From positions 1 through 15,363 of the forward strand of contig JBHIAH010000060.1 in NCBI GenBank assembly GCA_046758505.1: DNA of 15,363 nucleotides. The letters run 5' to 3'. Of the stretch, positions 12,616 through 15,363 are shown piece after piece. This DNA comes from Candidatus Methylomirabilales bacterium. GTDB taxonomy: Bacteria; Methylomirabilota; Methylomirabilia; Methylomirabilales; CSP1-5. Position 1 is the first letter of the stretch; each line of letters starts with the position of its first letter. The notes under the pieces are model-generated. The model made no database searches. It was not told where the DNA came from and saw nothing but the letters and a program-made list of their open reading frames with translations. A program made the position numbers and the translations under genes.

Positions 12616-13086
12616 ATGCCCAGGCGGCGCGTGGCGGAAAAGCGAGAGATCCTTCCCGATCCGGTCTATCATAACCGGCTGGTGGCGAAATTTGTCAACT
12701 GCATGATGCGGGCGGGGAAGAAATCGCTGGCCGAGCGGATTTTTTACCGATCCATGGGGATCATTGAGGGGCGGATGAAGACCGATGCCTTGGCGGTCTT
12801 CAAGCAGGCGGTGGACAATGTGAAGCCGGTTCTCCAGGTCAAGTCGCGAAGGGTGGGAGGGGCAACGTACCAGGTGCCGGTGGAGGTGCGGGCCGATCGT
12901 CGGCTCTCCTTGGCGTTCCGGTGGTTGCTCAGCTACGCCCGCGACCGCTCGGAGAAGACCATGGAAGAGCGATTGGCGGCCGAGTTGATCGAGGCGGCCA
13001 ACAATCGCGGGGCGGCCGTGAAGAAGAAGGAGGACACCCATCGCATGGCAGAGGCGAACAAGGCCTTTGCCCACTACCGCTGGTAA
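12616..13086 (+). CDS. rpsG: 30S ribosomal protein S7
   Basis: [45 protein letters not shown]. Confidence 0.99.
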   Translation: MPRRRVAEKREILPDPVYHNRLVAKFVNCMMRAGKKSLAERIFYRSMGIIEGRMKTDALAVFKQAVDNVKPVLQVKSRRVGGATYQVPVEVRADRRLSLAFRWLLSYARDRSEKTMEERLAAELIEAANNRGAAVKKKEDTHRMAEANKAFAHYRW

Positions 13087-13167
13087 GAAGGCCCCCATCC
13101 CGAGCGGTCGGGTGGTCAGCATGCGGGAGCGGGGCCTTCAGTGTTCCGGGAGGACGGACAGGGCAGG

Positions 13168-15261
13168 GTGACGGAAATGGTGCCGAAGGATCACATTCGA
13201 AACATCGGGATCATGGCCCACATCGATGCGGGCAAGACCACCACGACCGAACGGGTGCTCTACTACACGGGGCGCACCCACCGGATGGGTGAGGTGGATA
13301 CGGGCTCCACGGAGATGGATTGGATGGAGCAGGAGAAGGAGCGGGGCATCACCATCACCTCCGCCTCCACGACCTGCTTCTGGCGCGACCATCAGGTCAA
13401 TATTATCGATACGCCCGGCCATGTCGACTTCACGGTGGAGGTGGAACGGTCACTGAGGGTCTTGGACGGGGCCGTGATCATCTTTGACGCGGTCTCGGGG
13501 GTGGAGCCGCAGTCGGAGACGGTGTGGCGGCAGGCGGACAAGTACCACGTTCCGCGCGTCGCCTTCATCAACAAGATGGACCGGGTGGGGGCGGACTTCT
13601 TCATATCGGTCCAGTCCATCGCCGAGCGCCTGGGGGCGTATCCCGTGCCGCTCCAACTTCCGTTGGGGCACGAAGCCAATTTTGCCGGCGTCATCGATTT
13701 GATCCTGATGCAGGCGATGGTGTGGGAAGAGGAGACCCTGGGAGCCCAGTTCCACGTGGGGGAGATCCCCTCGCAGTATGCGGACCAGGCCCTGCAGTAC
13801 CGGGAAAAACTCCTGGAGGCCGTCGCGGAACAGGACGAGTCCCTGCTCCGGAAATATGTCGACGGAGGGGAGATCTCGGAGCAGGAGATTCGGGGGGCCA
13901 TCCGGAAGGCCACCTTGGGCCTGAAGATCACCCCCGTCCTCTGCGGGGCCTCCTTCAAGAACAAGGGGGTGCAGCCCTTACTCGATGCGGTGGTGGATTA
14001 TCTCCCCTCCCCCGCGGACCTCCCGCCGGTCGTCGGCCTCAATCCTAGGACGGGTGAGGAGGAGAAACGGTCACCGGCCGATGGGGAACCGTTGGCCGCA
14101 CTCGCCTTCAAGCTCGTCGCGGACCCCTACGTCGGTCAGCTCTGTTATTTTCGTGTCTATTCGGGGACCATCGCGTCCGGCTCCCACGTCTATAACTCCA
14201 CCCGGGGGACGCGAGAGCGGATTGGCCGCCTGCTCCGAATGCACGCCAACAAGCGCGAGGAGGTGAAGACCGTTCAGGCGGGGAACATCGCCGCCGCCGT
14301 GGGCCTCAAGAGTGCCAGGACAGGTGATACGCTGTGCAGTGAAGCCAAGCCCATCCTGCTCGAGGCCATCGAGTTTCCCACCCCCGTCCTGTCGGTCGCC
14401 ATTGAGCCCAGGACCAAGGAGGGGGCGGAGAAGCTTTCCCTCGCGCTCCAGGCCTTGGCCAACGAGGATCCCACCTTCCAAGCCCGGGTGGACGAGGATA
14501 CCGGACAGACCATCATTTCCGGCATGGGGGAGCTTCACCTCGAAATCATCGTGGATCGCCTCCTCCGGGAGTTCAAGGTGGAAGCCAACGTGGGGCGGCC
14601 CCAGGTGGCGTACCGGGAAACGATTACGCGCCCGGTGGAGGTGGAAAAGAAGTTCGTCCGGCAGACCGGGGGCCGGGGGCAGTATGGCCATGTCATCCTG
14701 TCCGTAGAGCCCCAGGAGCCCGGGGGGGGCGTGCAGTTTGAGAGCAAGGTCGTCGGAGGAGTGATCCCCCGGGAGTACATCCCGGCGGTGAAGAAGGGGG
14801 TCCGGGAGGCGGCCGAGAGCGGTGTGCTGGCCGGGTATCCGGTGGTAGATATCAAGGTCACGCTCACCGACGGATCCTACCATGAGGTGGACTCCTCCGA
14901 TCTGGCGTTCAAGATCGCCGGCTCCATGGCCTTGAAGGACGCGGTGAAACAGGGCCATCCCGTCCTCCTCGAACCCATGATGCAGGTGGACGTGGTCGTG
15001 CCGGAGGAGTTTCTGGGAGAGGTGATCGGGGATTTGAACGCCCGGAGGGGTCGGGTCGTGGGGATCGATACGCGGCTGGCGGCTCGGGTCGTGCGGGCCG
15101 AGGTCCCCCTGGCGACGATGTTTGGATATGCGACCGATCTGCGATCGGCCACGCAGGGTCGCGCGACGTACACCATGCAGTTTGCCAGGTACGAGCCGCT
15201 TCCCCCCGCCCTTGCCGAGGAGATCGTGGGGCGGGTGGTGGGTCGCAGCTCGACCGTGTAG
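13168..15261 (+). CDS. fusA: Elongation factor G
   Basis: [54 protein letters not shown]. Start uncertain: GTG 13168 gives the usual N-terminal length, and ATG 13177 is the alternative. Confidence 0.96.
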   Translation: MTEMVPKDHIRNIGIMAHIDAGKTTTTERVLYYTGRTHRMGEVDTGSTEMDWMEQEKERGITITSASTTCFWRDHQVNIIDTPGHVDFTVEVERSLRVLDGAVIIFDAVSGVEPQSETVWRQADKYHVPRVAFINKMDRVGADFFISVQSIAERLGAYPVPLQLPLGHEANFAGVIDLILMQAMVWEEETLGAQFHVGEIPSQYADQALQYREKLLEAVAEQDESLLRKYVDGGEISEQEIRGAIRKATLGLKITPVLCGASFKNKGVQPLLDAVVDYLPSPADLPPVVGLNPRTGEEEKRSPADGEPLAALAFKLVADPYVGQLCYFRVYSGTIASGSHVYNSTRGTRERIGRLLRMHANKREEVKTVQAGNIAAAVGLKSARTGDTLCSEAKPILLEAIEFPTPVLSVAIEPRTKEGAEKLSLALQALANEDPTFQARVDEDTGQTIISGMGELHLEIIVDRLLREFKVEANVGRPQVAYRETITRPVEVEKKFVRQTGGRGQYGHVILSVEPQEPGGGVQFESKVVGGVIPREYIPAVKKGVREAAESGVLAGYPVVDIKVTLTDGSYHEVDSSDLAFKIAGSMALKDAVKQGHPVLLEPMMQVDVVVPEEFLGEVIGDLNARRGRVVGIDTRLAARVVRAEVPLATMFGYATDLRSATQGRATYTMQFARYEPLPPALAEEIVGRVVGRSSTV

Positions 15262-15308
15262 GGACGCACGTGAGGGGGTAAGGCTGTCAGACACAGGAGG
15301 ACACGGGG

Positions 15309-15363
15309 ATGGCCAAGCAAAAATTCGCGCGGACCAAAGAACACGTCAACATCGGCACCATCG
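15309..15363 (+). CDS. tuf: Elongation factor Tu, N-terminal fragment (3'-truncated by window)
   Basis: MAKQKFARTKEHVNIGTI after AGGAGG RBS (15295-15300). Canonical position after fusA. Confidence 0.96.
   Translation, partial: MAKQKFARTKEHVNIGTI

Noticed and set aside
15283..15290. gctgtcag before the second tuf as a fifth heptamer element
   Set aside because: Single unit with no tandem copies or inverted arm.

Overview
GC-rich bacterial core translation/transcription supercluster, all on the + strand: 3' end of tuf - rpmG - tRNA-Trp - secE - nusG - rplK - rplA - rplJ - rplL - rpoB - rpoC - (sigma70 promoter) - rpsL - rpsG - fusA - 5' start of a second tuf. The coding content is ordinary housekeeping: no mobile-element gene, CRISPR array or accessory gene is visible. 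The most unusual signal is non-coding. Four of the first six intergenic spacers hold an ~90-130 nt element made of two inverted arms of degenerate 7-nt tandem repeats. Three belong to a CAGCNGT/GCTGACA family and one to a GGTTCA/CCATGAA family. Each starts just after the upstream gene and, in three of four cases, ends at the next ribosome-binding site, so it could fold out as a long hairpin. Secondary observations: candidate RBS-sequestering or attenuator structures (rplK, rpoB, rpsL-rpsG), no room for a canonical L10 leader, a partly diverged str-operon EF-G, and two odd substitutions in conserved RNA polymerase motifs. All structures were folded by eye and gene calls come from motif recognition, not database searches. 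The taxon cannot be established from this window alone.
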